Shown one piece after another: positions 8,187-16,182 of a stretch of DNA of 64,000 bases. Below the pieces are notes generated by a model, which made no database searches, was not told the origin of the DNA, and saw only the letters and a list, made by a program, of their open reading frames with translations. This stretch comes from a virus (taxonomy: Duplodnaviria > Heunggongvirae > Uroviricota > Caudoviricetes), in the IMG/VR virus record IMGVR_UViG_3300031949_000001, positions 64,001 through 128,000 of that record, one strand, 5' to 3'. A program made the translations under genes and the position numbers. How positions within the stretch are numbered: position 1 is the stretch's first letter; every line of letters begins with the position of its first letter.

Positions 8187-9230
8187 ATGCTTTTCAATAT
8201 CTGTCTTTTCGGCTACGGTCTAATTGGTCGCACAATCAACGCATATCTACGCGATCTTCATATCTACAATGTCGATGTCTTCGATAAAAATAAAGTCAAT
8301 TTAAACAAGAAAGGTAAGCCGATAAATCTTGATAATGCGGACGATGTAACCAAGCTACTTAGGGATTACGATGCGGTAATTGCTGCAACACCATATCAAG
8401 TAAACGAATTTATTGCTCATTGTGCTGGTGTTGCTGGTATACCATACTTCGATTTAACTGAAGATGTTGCCACCACAAAAGCCATCACAGCTATGCGAAT
8501 CGATTACGGTTCTACTTTCATTCCTCAATGTGGTCTAGCTCCAGGAGCTATTGGTATTATCACTCGTGACCTTATAAGAGGTTTCGAGGAAATCGATGAA
8601 ATCAAGATGCGGGTAGGAGCGCTTCCAATCACAACCAGCAACCAAATGAAGTATTATCTCTCATGGTCGTCTGAGGGTTTAGTGAATGAATATTATGAGC
8701 CGTGCCCAGCCATCATAAACGGGCGCTACGAGCTTTTAGACCCGCTGGAAGGTTACGAGACATTGTTGCTCGATGGCTGCGAATACGAGGCATTTAACAC
8801 GTCCGGAGGCATTGGTGAATGGGCTAATGATATTCGAATCGCTGGTCCAATTAAGAAGTTGACATACAAAACTATCCGTTACAAAGGACACCGCGATCAA
8901 ATTCTATTCCTGAAAGAAGACTTGGGTCTTTCTAAAGAGAGAATGACTGACATTTTCAATGCTCAGGTTCCGCACAATGAAAATGATGTAGTTCTGATCT
9001 TTTCCGAGGTTATCGGTAGAAACGATGGGACACGCATCCGCAAGAGCTATTTCAAAAAGATTTACGGTGATAAAGGTATTTCTGCTATTCAGAAGACAAC
9101 TGCTGCCGGCATCGTATCGGTGGTTCAGAATTTCTTTAGCTTAAGGAACTCAAAACGAGCCTTTGAATCCAATGAGGGATTGGATTACACGGATTTCATT
9201 ACAAACAAATACGGAGCAATCTTCGCCTAA
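8187..9230 (+). CDS. saccharopine dehydrogenase / lysine 6-dehydrogenase family oxidoreductase
   Basis: GYGLIG Rossmann motif, YFDLTEDV, PQCGLAPG, RVGALP, GLVNEY, EAFNTSGG, YKTIRYKGH. Confidence 0.88.
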   Translation: MLFNICLFGYGLIGRTINAYLRDLHIYNVDVFDKNKVNLNKKGKPINLDNADDVTKLLRDYDAVIAATPYQVNEFIAHCAGVAGIPYFDLTEDVATTKAITAMRIDYGSTFIPQCGLAPGAIGIITRDLIRGFEEIDEIKMRVGALPITTSNQMKYYLSWSSEGLVNEYYEPCPAIINGRYELLDPLEGYETLLLDGCEYEAFNTSGGIGEWANDIRIAGPIKKLTYKTIRYKGHRDQILFLKEDLGLSKERMTDIFNAQVPHNENDVVLIFSEVIGRNDGTRIRKSYFKKIYGDKGISAIQKTTAAGIVSVVQNFFSLRNSKRAFESNEGLDYTDFITNKYGAIFA

Positions 9231-9262
9231 TAAATAGCAATTGACAATTAAAGGAATCATAT

Positions 9263-9559
9263 ATGATAAATGTAGAGATTAAAAATAACAAAGTATTTTT
9301 GAATGGTGAAGCAACTATAATCGAGTGGACAGACAATATAAAAGAACTCGAAGTATTTCATGATATACAATTAAATGATGAAGTTGTTGAAATGTTTAAA
9401 TATGTGTTAACTGATTGTTCTTACACACCAGAAGAAAATGAAGCGATTTTAACGGCTATATCAGAATATTTTAAATCTAATAAATTATCGGATTTAGAAA
9501 AAGATAAAATCCGAGAAGCCATACAAAAAGAATTTGATAATTTAGTCATTCGAGATTGA
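9263..9559 (+). CDS. hypothetical protein
   Basis: AAGGA RBS, ATAAATA upstream. Confidence 0.65.
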   Translation: MINVEIKNNKVFLNGEATIIEWTDNIKELEVFHDIQLNDEVVEMFKYVLTDCSYTPEENEAILTAISEYFKSNKLSDLEKDKIREAIQKEFDNLVIRD

Positions 9560-9584
9560 CAACAAACGAAACCCGTGATATATA

Positions 9585-9896
9585 ATGAGATACCATTACA
9601 AAAATAGAACTGCTGCGCACGTCATGGAACAAATCATTGACGAAGCATGGACGCAATGGTCGCTTTATCCATCATTTACTCAACAAAGAGGTATGCCGAG
9701 TGATTGGAAAAAGCCGGGTATGTTGGTTACAAGACTATCTGAAGAAGATAGAAAGTTGTTGGTAGAATTAACAACTAAAAATATTGATCATCGAATTGAT
9801 TTTGCAAGACCGTATCAAGGCATTCCTAAGAAATTGGGATATAGAAGCCGATACACAAAGGGGTTGGAAGAGTTGGTTCCAATCGAGCATCGATGA
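9585..9896 (+). CDS. hypothetical protein
   Basis: 103-aa ORF; start uncertain. Confidence 0.55.
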   Translation: MRYHYKNRTAAHVMEQIIDEAWTQWSLYPSFTQQRGMPSDWKKPGMLVTRLSEEDRKLLVELTTKNIDHRIDFARPYQGIPKKLGYRSRYTKGLEELVPIEHR

Positions 9897-9994
9897 TCTA
9901 AGAGCTTTGAAGGTTGGACATAGGGTTGAACCTTCACTAAACTGACTTTAATTTATTAGGTATCCAGTCAGTATACCGTATAATAGGAGCAACA

Positions 9995-10882
9995 ATGATG
10001 TACGCAGATAAGTTTGCCGCCGCTATTAAGTGTGGTCGCGCCTTCCTTCGCGAGTTCAAGGATATCACCTATGTGCCATTCGGTTCCGAATACAGCATAT
10101 ACCTCAAAAACCTAAACAATGTTCGTGCCTTGGTTAGTATTACCATAGATGGCAAATCTGCCACTGATGGCGTTAACCTCATGCTACAGCCTAATAGTGA
10201 AGCTGTTCTTGAACGCTTTATTAAGAATGGCAACTTTAAAGAGGGAAATCGTTTCAAATTCATTGAACGCACGGCAGGGGTTGAAGCTCATCGCGGCATT
10301 GGTGCCGAAGATGGTTTGATTCGTATCGAATATTGGTTCGAAAAAGAGCAACCGAAGTATGATCCAAACTGGTACAAACCTAAGCCTTGGGTTCGTCGTA
10401 AACAAGACTGGTGGCTGGATAATAACGTTGAATATAGAGATGATGATGGTGGAGAAGTCTCTTGTTCTGGCGCTTCTGGTGCTATGGGCGATGATACTCT
10501 ACGATCTGTAGACCGTGGTATTTCTTCGACCGCCACATATTCAGCAAACAACATCCAGACCAAGAGTTTTGTTGCACAGAACCGGCTGATGAAAAGCGCT
10601 TCAATAAAGAAGTTCGTGGATACTGGTGAACAAAATGAAGTTGGTGTCACTGCTCCTGGTTCAGTTTCGAATCAGTCATTCCATGAAGCTTCTTGGTTCC
10701 CAACCGAAACACAAAGCCATGTTATTGTTCTTCGCCTGTTGGGTGAAACTGAAGAAGGTAGACGTGTTAGTAAGCCCGTTACAACAAGAATGAAATCGAA
10801 GTGCGTTTCTTGTGGTCATGTTAATAAAACAAGCAACAAGTGTTGTTCAGAATGTGGAACCTCTTTAATTATCATTATATAA
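9995..10882 (+). CDS. conserved phage protein with C-terminal double zinc ribbon
   Basis: AAGGAG RBS; CVSCG..CCSECG C-terminus. Confidence 0.8.
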   Translation: MMYADKFAAAIKCGRAFLREFKDITYVPFGSEYSIYLKNLNNVRALVSITIDGKSATDGVNLMLQPNSEAVLERFIKNGNFKEGNRFKFIERTAGVEAHRGIGAEDGLIRIEYWFEKEQPKYDPNWYKPKPWVRRKQDWWLDNNVEYRDDDGGEVSCSGASGAMGDDTLRSVDRGISSTATYSANNIQTKSFVAQNRLMKSASIKKFVDTGEQNEVGVTAPGSVSNQSFHEASWFPTETQSHVIVLRLLGETEEGRRVSKPVTTRMKSKCVSCGHVNKTSNKCCSECGTSLIIII

Positions 10883-10895
10883 CTTACATTTGAGG

Positions 10896-10934
10896 TTGAC
10901 AAAAAGCATAAGGTGGGTTATAATCCACCTTATG
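10896..10934 (+). promoter_or_regulatory. consensus sigma70 promoter with its -10 box in the loop of an inverted repeat
   Basis: TTGACA(10896)-17-TATAAT(10919); CATAAGGTGG/CCACCTTATG flank the -10. Confidence 0.75.
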
Positions 10935-10963
10935 TCATTTAAAGTGGATTAAAGTGTGTTATA

Positions 10964-11371
10964 ATGGATGTTAAGCAAGTGATTTGCATGAGGAAAGACT
11001 TGAATATGAGAAAGGGCAAACAAGTTGCTCAGGGTGCTCACGCGTCCATGCTCGTTCTTTTGAATATGATGAATCAACATCATTCTGAAGACTTGGATAT
11101 GACAACCTTGACACTTAAAATCGATGATGGTAGTTCTTTAGCACGATGGTTGTTAACCGGGACGTTCAAAAAGATCGTGGTTTCGGTAGACAGTGAAGAG
11201 GAATTGCTTGACATTTATCAAAAAGCGTTGGATAATCTATTTCCCGCCGCATTAATTACAGATTCCGGATTAACAGAATTTGATGGTGTTCCGACGAAAA
11301 CATGCATAGCGATTGGACCGGCAATTTCCGAACGATTAGATAAGATTACGGGACATTTAAAGCTTTTATAA
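10964..11371 (+). CDS. peptidyl-tRNA hydrolase, Pth2 family
   Basis: KQVI.MRKDLNMRKGKQVAQGAHAS, KKIVV, ITDSGLTEF.G.PTKTCIAIGP, DKITGHLKLL. Confidence 0.93.
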   Translation: MDVKQVICMRKDLNMRKGKQVAQGAHASMLVLLNMMNQHHSEDLDMTTLTLKIDDGSSLARWLLTGTFKKIVVSVDSEEELLDIYQKALDNLFPAALITDSGLTEFDGVPTKTCIAIGPAISERLDKITGHLKLL

Positions 11372-11382
11372 ATAGTATTCTT

Positions 11383-11475
11383 GGAAGGTAAACCAGTCAG
11401 GGATTGGACTTGTTTGCTAAACAATGGGAGCCGCTATAAACGCGGCTTGAGTTTCAAGTACTCTGCCTTCCGCCA
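11383..11475 (+). tRNA. tRNA-Ser(GCT)
   Basis: GGAAGGT/GCCTTCC acceptor, TT GCT AA loop, long variable arm, GCCA. Confidence 0.88.
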
Positions 11476-11506
11476 GCACATAAAACATAATATATAGGAG
11501 ATCATC

Positions 11507-12184
11507 ATGTTTTTCAAGAAACTTATTCTTGCGATTAGTATTTTCGTATTCACTGCTTCCACATTCGCTGGTATTCCAGGTTACGTAACCGATTCAAATG
11601 GTAAGCTCGTCCGTGATACAATCAATCATCATTGCGTCAAGACTGGCACTTGGGAACTCAAGAACCTGATTCCTGAGTGTGATACAACCCGGCGTGCCGA
11701 AGTTATACTGGGTATCATTGCACCACAACCAAAGGCTCAAGAAGAAGTAGTCGTTGTTACGAAGCCTCTCGCGCAACCAGTAGTAATTGTGTCTGAGCCA
11801 CTTGTTCTAGAAAAATCTGTTGCTCTTGTTCTTAACGCAGCCGTTTTGTTCGATTTCGATAAGTCAACACTCACCGTTGTAGGAAAAGATGCATTGAATT
11901 CCGTTGTCGAGGCTCTAAAGACCGCTGAATACAAGACTATCAATCTTGATGGCTACACAGACCGAATTGGTACCGTACAGTATAATTTGAAGCTATCACA
12001 AAAGCGTTCTAATGCGGTTAAGGCGTATTTGGTCGCCAACGGTATTGATGCTGCCAAGATCAAGTCAAATGGTCATGGAAAGACAAAGTTTCGCACAACA
12101 AGCACCGATTGTAAGAATTTGAAGGGTGCTAAGTTGAAGGCTTGTTATAGTAACGACCGTAGAGTAGAGTTGACTTTGGAGTAA
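11507..12184 (+). CDS. OmpA-family peptidoglycan-binding protein
   Basis: signal peptide; LFDFDKS, GYTDRIG..YNLKLSQKRS..V, DRRVE; GYVTDSNG..VR..C..TG.W N-terminus of betaproteobacterial type. Confidence 0.9.
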   Translation: MFFKKLILAISIFVFTASTFAGIPGYVTDSNGKLVRDTINHHCVKTGTWELKNLIPECDTTRRAEVILGIIAPQPKAQEEVVVVTKPLAQPVVIVSEPLVLEKSVALVLNAAVLFDFDKSTLTVVGKDALNSVVEALKTAEYKTINLDGYTDRIGTVQYNLKLSQKRSNAVKAYLVANGIDAAKIKSNGHGKTKFRTTSTDCKNLKGAKLKACYSNDRRVELTLE

Positions 12185-12224
12185 ATTTACGCTACAATGC
12201 GTCTCTACATATTGGAGAGAGAAA

Positions 12225-12446
12225 ATGGCAGTCGCAAAGCATGGATCGGGAAAGAAAGTCCCACAAAAAGTGCGTAAGCTTGGAGAAAAGCTTGTCAAGA
12301 TGGTTCTTTACAATGGTAAAGCTATCGGACATGGCAAATACTTTACTGGTGAAGTTGATGGACAACTCGTGTCAGATGCTAATGGTAAGCCTGTGCCGCT
12401 CCGTTCAATTGGAGAACTTGTTTGGGATATTCCTGTTAAGAAGTAA
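12225..12446 (+). CDS. hypothetical basic protein
   Basis: GGAGAG RBS. Confidence 0.7.
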   Translation: MAVAKHGSGKKVPQKVRKLGEKLVKMVLYNGKAIGHGKYFTGEVDGQLVSDANGKPVPLRSIGELVWDIPVKK

Positions 12447-12472
12447 ATAAATACTCCATATTTGGAGTGTTT

Positions 12473-12748
12473 ATGAAGATTACGGATTTGTTCGAACGAG
12501 AGAAAGACATAAGTAAGCTTGGTTGTGGTCCTCGTCGCAAACAGTTGATAGGAGCGATTGCTCAATCAACTCACGAACCGTCGTTGCTAAAAAATCCGAA
12601 TTATATCATGACAATTGCTAAATCGTTTCTATCCAATCCTCCGTATTCTGATTGGTCAGAAAGAGAGCAGCGTAGAATGCTCGCTGATATAATGGATGCG
12701 TTCGGTATGATGCCACCAGATCAAAACACGGCAGTTTTCAAACGTTAA
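12473..12748 (+). CDS. hypothetical protein (late-motif preceded)
   Basis: ATAAATA at 12447, GGAG RBS, MKITDLFE N-terminus. Confidence 0.7.
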   Translation: MKITDLFEREKDISKLGCGPRRKQLIGAIAQSTHEPSLLKNPNYIMTIAKSFLSNPPYSDWSEREQRRMLADIMDAFGMMPPDQNTAVFKR

Positions 12749-12757
12749 TAATTTAAT

Positions 12758-12834
12758 ACCCTTGTAGCTCAAATGGATAGAGCACTGCGATCCTAACGCA
12801 GCGGCTGGAGGTTCAAGTCCTCTCAAGGGTGCCA
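12758..12834 (+). tRNA. tRNA-Arg(CCT)
   Basis: ACCCTTG/CAAGGGT acceptor, CTGCG-AT CCT AA-CGCAG, GCCA. Confidence 0.92.
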
Positions 12835-12850
12835 ACCTTTGGAGGTATCT

Positions 12851-13204
12851 ATGCTTAAAACTATATTATTCTCCTTGTTATTTGCCGCTAGTATCGCTAT
12901 TGCAGCAGACAAAAACGAAGACTTTTACGTCAACGATTGTGATTCATACGGTCAGTTGGCATATTCGACAACGTACCTTCGTCACCATCCTGTGATGTTT
13001 GAAGATGGTGTTAAGCGTATAATGACAAGAAACGAATTTGTTATTCGTTTCAAAGCATATATGGAAAAGAGCAAGATAGATGAAAAAGAAACAAATCGTC
13101 TATTGACAGATATGTTGGAAATATGGGATAATGAAGCAAGTGATGACCCGGTTGATTTATACATCGAGAACAAAGCAAAGTGTGAGAAATCAGGAAGGCA
13201 ATAA
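12851..13204 (+). CDS. small exported two-Cys protein
   Basis: GGAGG RBS, signal peptide ending AIA. Confidence 0.7.
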   Translation: MLKTILFSLLFAASIAIAADKNEDFYVNDCDSYGQLAYSTTYLRHHPVMFEDGVKRIMTRNEFVIRFKAYMEKSKIDEKETNRLLTDMLEIWDNEASDDPVDLYIENKAKCEKSGRQ

Positions 13205-13234
13205 ATTAAACACTTAATGTGAGAAGATAAAGAA

Positions 13235-13648
13235 ATGAGCGCATTAGAGCAAGCAAGGGCTGTGAAGAAGGAAAAAGAAGACAAAGCCGCTGAGAGAAAG
13301 AGAAAGGACGAAGAAGCATCAACCCGAGCAGCGAAAGTTAAGAAAGATATTGAAAAAGTTATTAGAACTACTTTTAAAGAATTTGATGGGGTTTCTGGAA
13401 TAGTTCTAAAAACCAAGGATCTGTATCCTTTCAATATCGTTGAATTGGAAAAGAATGGGCATTTTATTGCTGGTGCTCATGCGGGTTATGGTGAATGGGA
13501 CAACCCAAACTACGATTATAGAGTAACTGAAGGTTGTACTGGAGTTTATTGGGTAGTAGGAGAAATCAAAAATCGCGGTGAACAATTTTCTTCGGATGTT
13601 GATTGGTTCGTAAAGGAATTTGGAAACGCGATGGCGAAACATATATAA
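13235..13648 (+). CDS. hypothetical protein
   Basis: 137-aa ORF with charged N-terminal helix. Confidence 0.65.
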   Translation: MSALEQARAVKKEKEDKAAERKRKDEEASTRAAKVKKDIEKVIRTTFKEFDGVSGIVLKTKDLYPFNIVELEKNGHFIAGAHAGYGEWDNPNYDYRVTEGCTGVYWVVGEIKNRGEQFSSDVDWFVKEFGNAMAKHI

Positions 13649-13656
13649 GTAACGTT

Positions 13657-13731
13657 GGTGATTTGGTGAACTGGCTATCACGCGACGCTCATAACGTTGA
13701 GTAAACGGATCGTAACCGTTAATCACTACCA
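13657..13731 (+). tRNA. tRNA-Met or Ile2 (CAT), atypical T loop (ATCGTAA)
   Basis: GGTGATT/AATCACT acceptor, CGACG-CT CAT AA-CGTTG, ACCA. Confidence 0.85.
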
Positions 13732-13745
13732 ATAAGGAGGAGAAT

Positions 13746-14000
13746 ATGTTTAGTTTAAGTGATGAACAATGGAAGAAGTTACATGAATGGCATTCACAAA
13801 TTTTGGAAGAAGTGGCTACTGGACAATGGGAAAATTTAGATATTAGGCAGCATATGATAGACTCAAAAACGCCATATGGCGGTGCAGTCGGTGGTACATT
13901 AACTTACATGTTTACACCTACAAACCTTGGAACAGTCGTGAAAGTTGAAGACGGTTTTACTGGCGAAAAAATCGATTTGACAGACTACGAAGATTGGTAA
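13746..14000 (+). CDS. conserved phage hypothetical protein
   Basis: AAGGAGG RBS; GGAVGG..TY.FTPT.LG, DLTDYEDW. Confidence 0.75.
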   Translation: MFSLSDEQWKKLHEWHSQILEEVATGQWENLDIRQHMIDSKTPYGGAVGGTLTYMFTPTNLGTVVKVEDGFTGEKIDLTDYEDW

Positions 14001-14006
14001 TATAAT

Positions 14007-14082
14007 GCTTCCGTAATTTAATTGGCTAAAATGATCGCCCGATTAGCGATTTTTGTTGGTTCGAATCCAGCCGGAAGTACCA
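14007..14082 (+). tRNA. tRNA-Ile(GAT) with atypical anticodon loop (C33, U37)
   Basis: GCTTCCG/CGGAAGT acceptor, ATCGC-CC GAT TA-GCGAT, GGTTCGAATCC, ACCA. Confidence 0.82.
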
Positions 14083-14097
14083 ATAGGAGATTTTGAA

Positions 14098-14541
14098 GTG
14101 AAGTGGGTTAAGGTAAATGGACGTATAATGTACGATCCAAAGCGTGAGGACTTGCGCAAAGAAGAGCGCAATACTCCGTGGTGGGTTATCGCGCAGCTTA
14201 CTGGACGCGACCTAGAGGATTTCAGCGATTATTATCGCTGGATTTTGCGTATGCGTGGTATTGGTATGATTCAGATGCCAGCGTGGAAACCACACGTTAC
14301 GATTCTTGACGGACGTTATCCTGTAGCAGATTCGTACCTACCAGCGTGGAAGAAGCACGACGGAGAACTCATTCAGTTCGAATACTGTGTTGAAGAGTTG
14401 TACAAACAATGGAAGTTTTGGGTACTACCGGTTCGATGTGTGTACTTTGATGAAATTCGTAAAGAGTTGGGTTTCTATAAGACGTACCCGTATCACATTA
14501 CTGTTGGGCGAGAATATGAACTCCCGAAAAAAGAGGAGTGA
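14098..14541 (+). CDS. 2H phosphoesterase (2',3'-cyclic phosphodiesterase-like)
   Basis: two HxT motifs, PHVTI and YHITVG; GTG start after AGGAG. Confidence 0.7.
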   Translation: MKWVKVNGRIMYDPKREDLRKEERNTPWWVIAQLTGRDLEDFSDYYRWILRMRGIGMIQMPAWKPHVTILDGRYPVADSYLPAWKKHDGELIQFEYCVEELYKQWKFWVLPVRCVYFDEIRKELGFYKTYPYHITVGREYELPKKEE

Positions 14542-14564
14542 GAGAAATCTCACTCCTCTTTTTT
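14527..14564 (+). terminator. intrinsic terminator (bidirectional-type)
   Basis: AAAAAAGAGGAGTGAGA-GAAA-TCTCACTCCTCTTTTTT. Confidence 0.85.
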
Positions 14565-14581
14565 AATTTAAAGGACAAATT

Positions 14582-15028
14582 ATGAAAGAAGATGAAATGG
14601 AAATTATAGTCGCCGTTGTTAAATGGATCAAAACCGCTCGCGAAGCTCGTGAGAATATCGCTTGGCTTCCTATGGCTACGGATGTTGTTCACAGCGCTTT
14701 ACTAAAGCGAATTATGGATGGGGGTGAACCTCTCCCCTATGCACCACCCATAGCGTTTTCGTATCCTTGGTATGATCTATATGACAAGCCGACCGAAGAC
14801 CATTTAGCTGTTGAGGTTCATATACGAAATCAATTTGAAATTGTTATCAATCACGTTGTTTGGAAGGCGCATGAAGAGGAGAAGGATATGCATTACACTG
14901 TGATGTACGGCAATAATCCTGATATTTTCGATCTTAAATTGAAACCATATATAAAGCAGGTATTTCTAAGGAGTACCAAAACAATGGTTGACGTTCCTGG
15001 AGAGGGTTGGTTTATAAAGAAACGATGA
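14582..15028 (+). CDS. hypothetical protein
   Basis: AAGGA RBS, 148 aa. Confidence 0.7.
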   Translation: MKEDEMEIIVAVVKWIKTAREARENIAWLPMATDVVHSALLKRIMDGGEPLPYAPPIAFSYPWYDLYDKPTEDHLAVEVHIRNQFEIVINHVVWKAHEEEKDMHYTVMYGNNPDIFDLKLKPYIKQVFLRSTKTMVDVPGEGWFIKKR

Positions 15029-15046
15029 ACTAAAACAAGAACATTT

Positions 15047-15089
15047 AAAAGGGATGGTTCTTGCTATCCCTTTTTTATTGGTGTATAAT
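15047..15089 (+). terminator. intrinsic terminator overlapping a sigma70-like promoter
   Basis: AAAAGGGATGG..CTATCCCTTTTTT; TTGCTA(15061)-17-TATAAT(15084). Confidence 0.7.
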
Positions 15090-15114
15090 AAACGAGATTT
15101 AACAAATAGGAAGT

Positions 15115-15351
15115 ATGATGGAATCAGTAAAACATACCGGACGTATGGTTTATACGGATGGACACGTCGAGTTTGACGCGAAGACGCTTGATGAATTCAT
15201 GGATTTGCTCTTGGAGCATTATCCAAAGCGCGTTGGAATGCAGTACGCAACGTTCAAATCTGGTTTGGATGGGAAGGAACTTTTTCATATCACACATGAA
15301 GAATTGTTCGGAATGCGACGTGAACAAATGAAGGAAATAAGAGATGACTAA
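15115..15351 (+). CDS. hypothetical protein
   Basis: AGGA RBS. Confidence 0.65.
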   Translation: MMESVKHTGRMVYTDGHVEFDAKTLDEFMDLLLEHYPKRVGMQYATFKSGLDGKELFHITHEELFGMRREQMKEIRDD

Positions 15352-16174
15352 CGACCAGTTCGGCGATAGAATGAAAGAGTATGAAAACGTTGAGTCTAGC
15401 CGCAAGGCTATGCCAGGATTGCCCGTATTGGCTCGTCTAGATGGTCGAGCATTTCATACCTTCACAAAAGGAATGAATCGTCCATACGATATCGATATGT
15501 CAGAAGCGATGATCGAAACCACCAAGTTTTTGGTGGAAAAAACACATGCCGATCTTGGATATACACAAAGCGACGAAATCACTTTGTTCTGGTATGGAGC
15601 AACCGATGAATCAGAATTTTTGTTTGATGGACGCTTTCAAAAACTGACTTCGGTTTTAGCTGGTATGGCATCGGCACAATTCATGAAATTTATGATCACG
15701 ACCTCGCGCTACGCTGACCGCGCAATTAAGCTGACGCCCTCGTTTGATTGTCGTGTTTGGCAAGTTTCAAACCTGGATGTTGCTGCCGATGTTTTTGCAT
15801 GGCGGGTTGGCGATGCTATCAAAAATAGTATCTCGATGGCGGCGCAGGCGCATTTCAGTCATAAAGAACTACAGAACAAAAACAGCGTGACCAAAAAACA
15901 AATGCTTTTGGTAAAAGGTGTTGTTTGGGAACACTATCCACCATTTTTTACACAAGGAACTTTGGTAGCTCGAACTACAAGAGAAGTGATACTTACCCCG
16001 ATGGAATTGGATAAAATTCCAATGAAACATCGTCCAACTGGTCCTGTGATTCGTACTATTGTGTCAGAGCTTCCAGAATTCGCACCATTGGGTCGTGTAA
16101 CGAACCGTGCTGGTTATTTGTTCGGAGGAGAAGAAGCTGTTGTGAAACCGCTTCTAGATGGATTTGATGAATAG
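15344..16174 (+). CDS. tRNA(His) guanylyltransferase Thg1-like 3'-5' polymerase
   Basis: GDRMKEYE, RLDGRAFHTFT, GYTQSDEITL, FDGRFQKL.S, FDCR, KNSISMAA. Confidence 0.93.
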   Translation: MTNDQFGDRMKEYENVESSRKAMPGLPVLARLDGRAFHTFTKGMNRPYDIDMSEAMIETTKFLVEKTHADLGYTQSDEITLFWYGATDESEFLFDGRFQKLTSVLAGMASAQFMKFMITTSRYADRAIKLTPSFDCRVWQVSNLDVAADVFAWRVGDAIKNSISMAAQAHFSHKELQNKNSVTKKQMLLVKGVVWEHYPPFFTQGTLVARTTREVILTPMELDKIPMKHRPTGPVIRTIVSELPEFAPLGRVTNRAGYLFGGEEAVVKPLLDGFDE

Positions 16175-16182
16175 AGGTTATC

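Noticed and set aside
9908-9975. Two hairpins upstream of the 9995 gene as a riboswitch
   Set aside because: GAAGGTT/AACCTTC and ACTGACT/AGTCAGT stems exist, but I recognise no aptamer consensus; needs a covariance search
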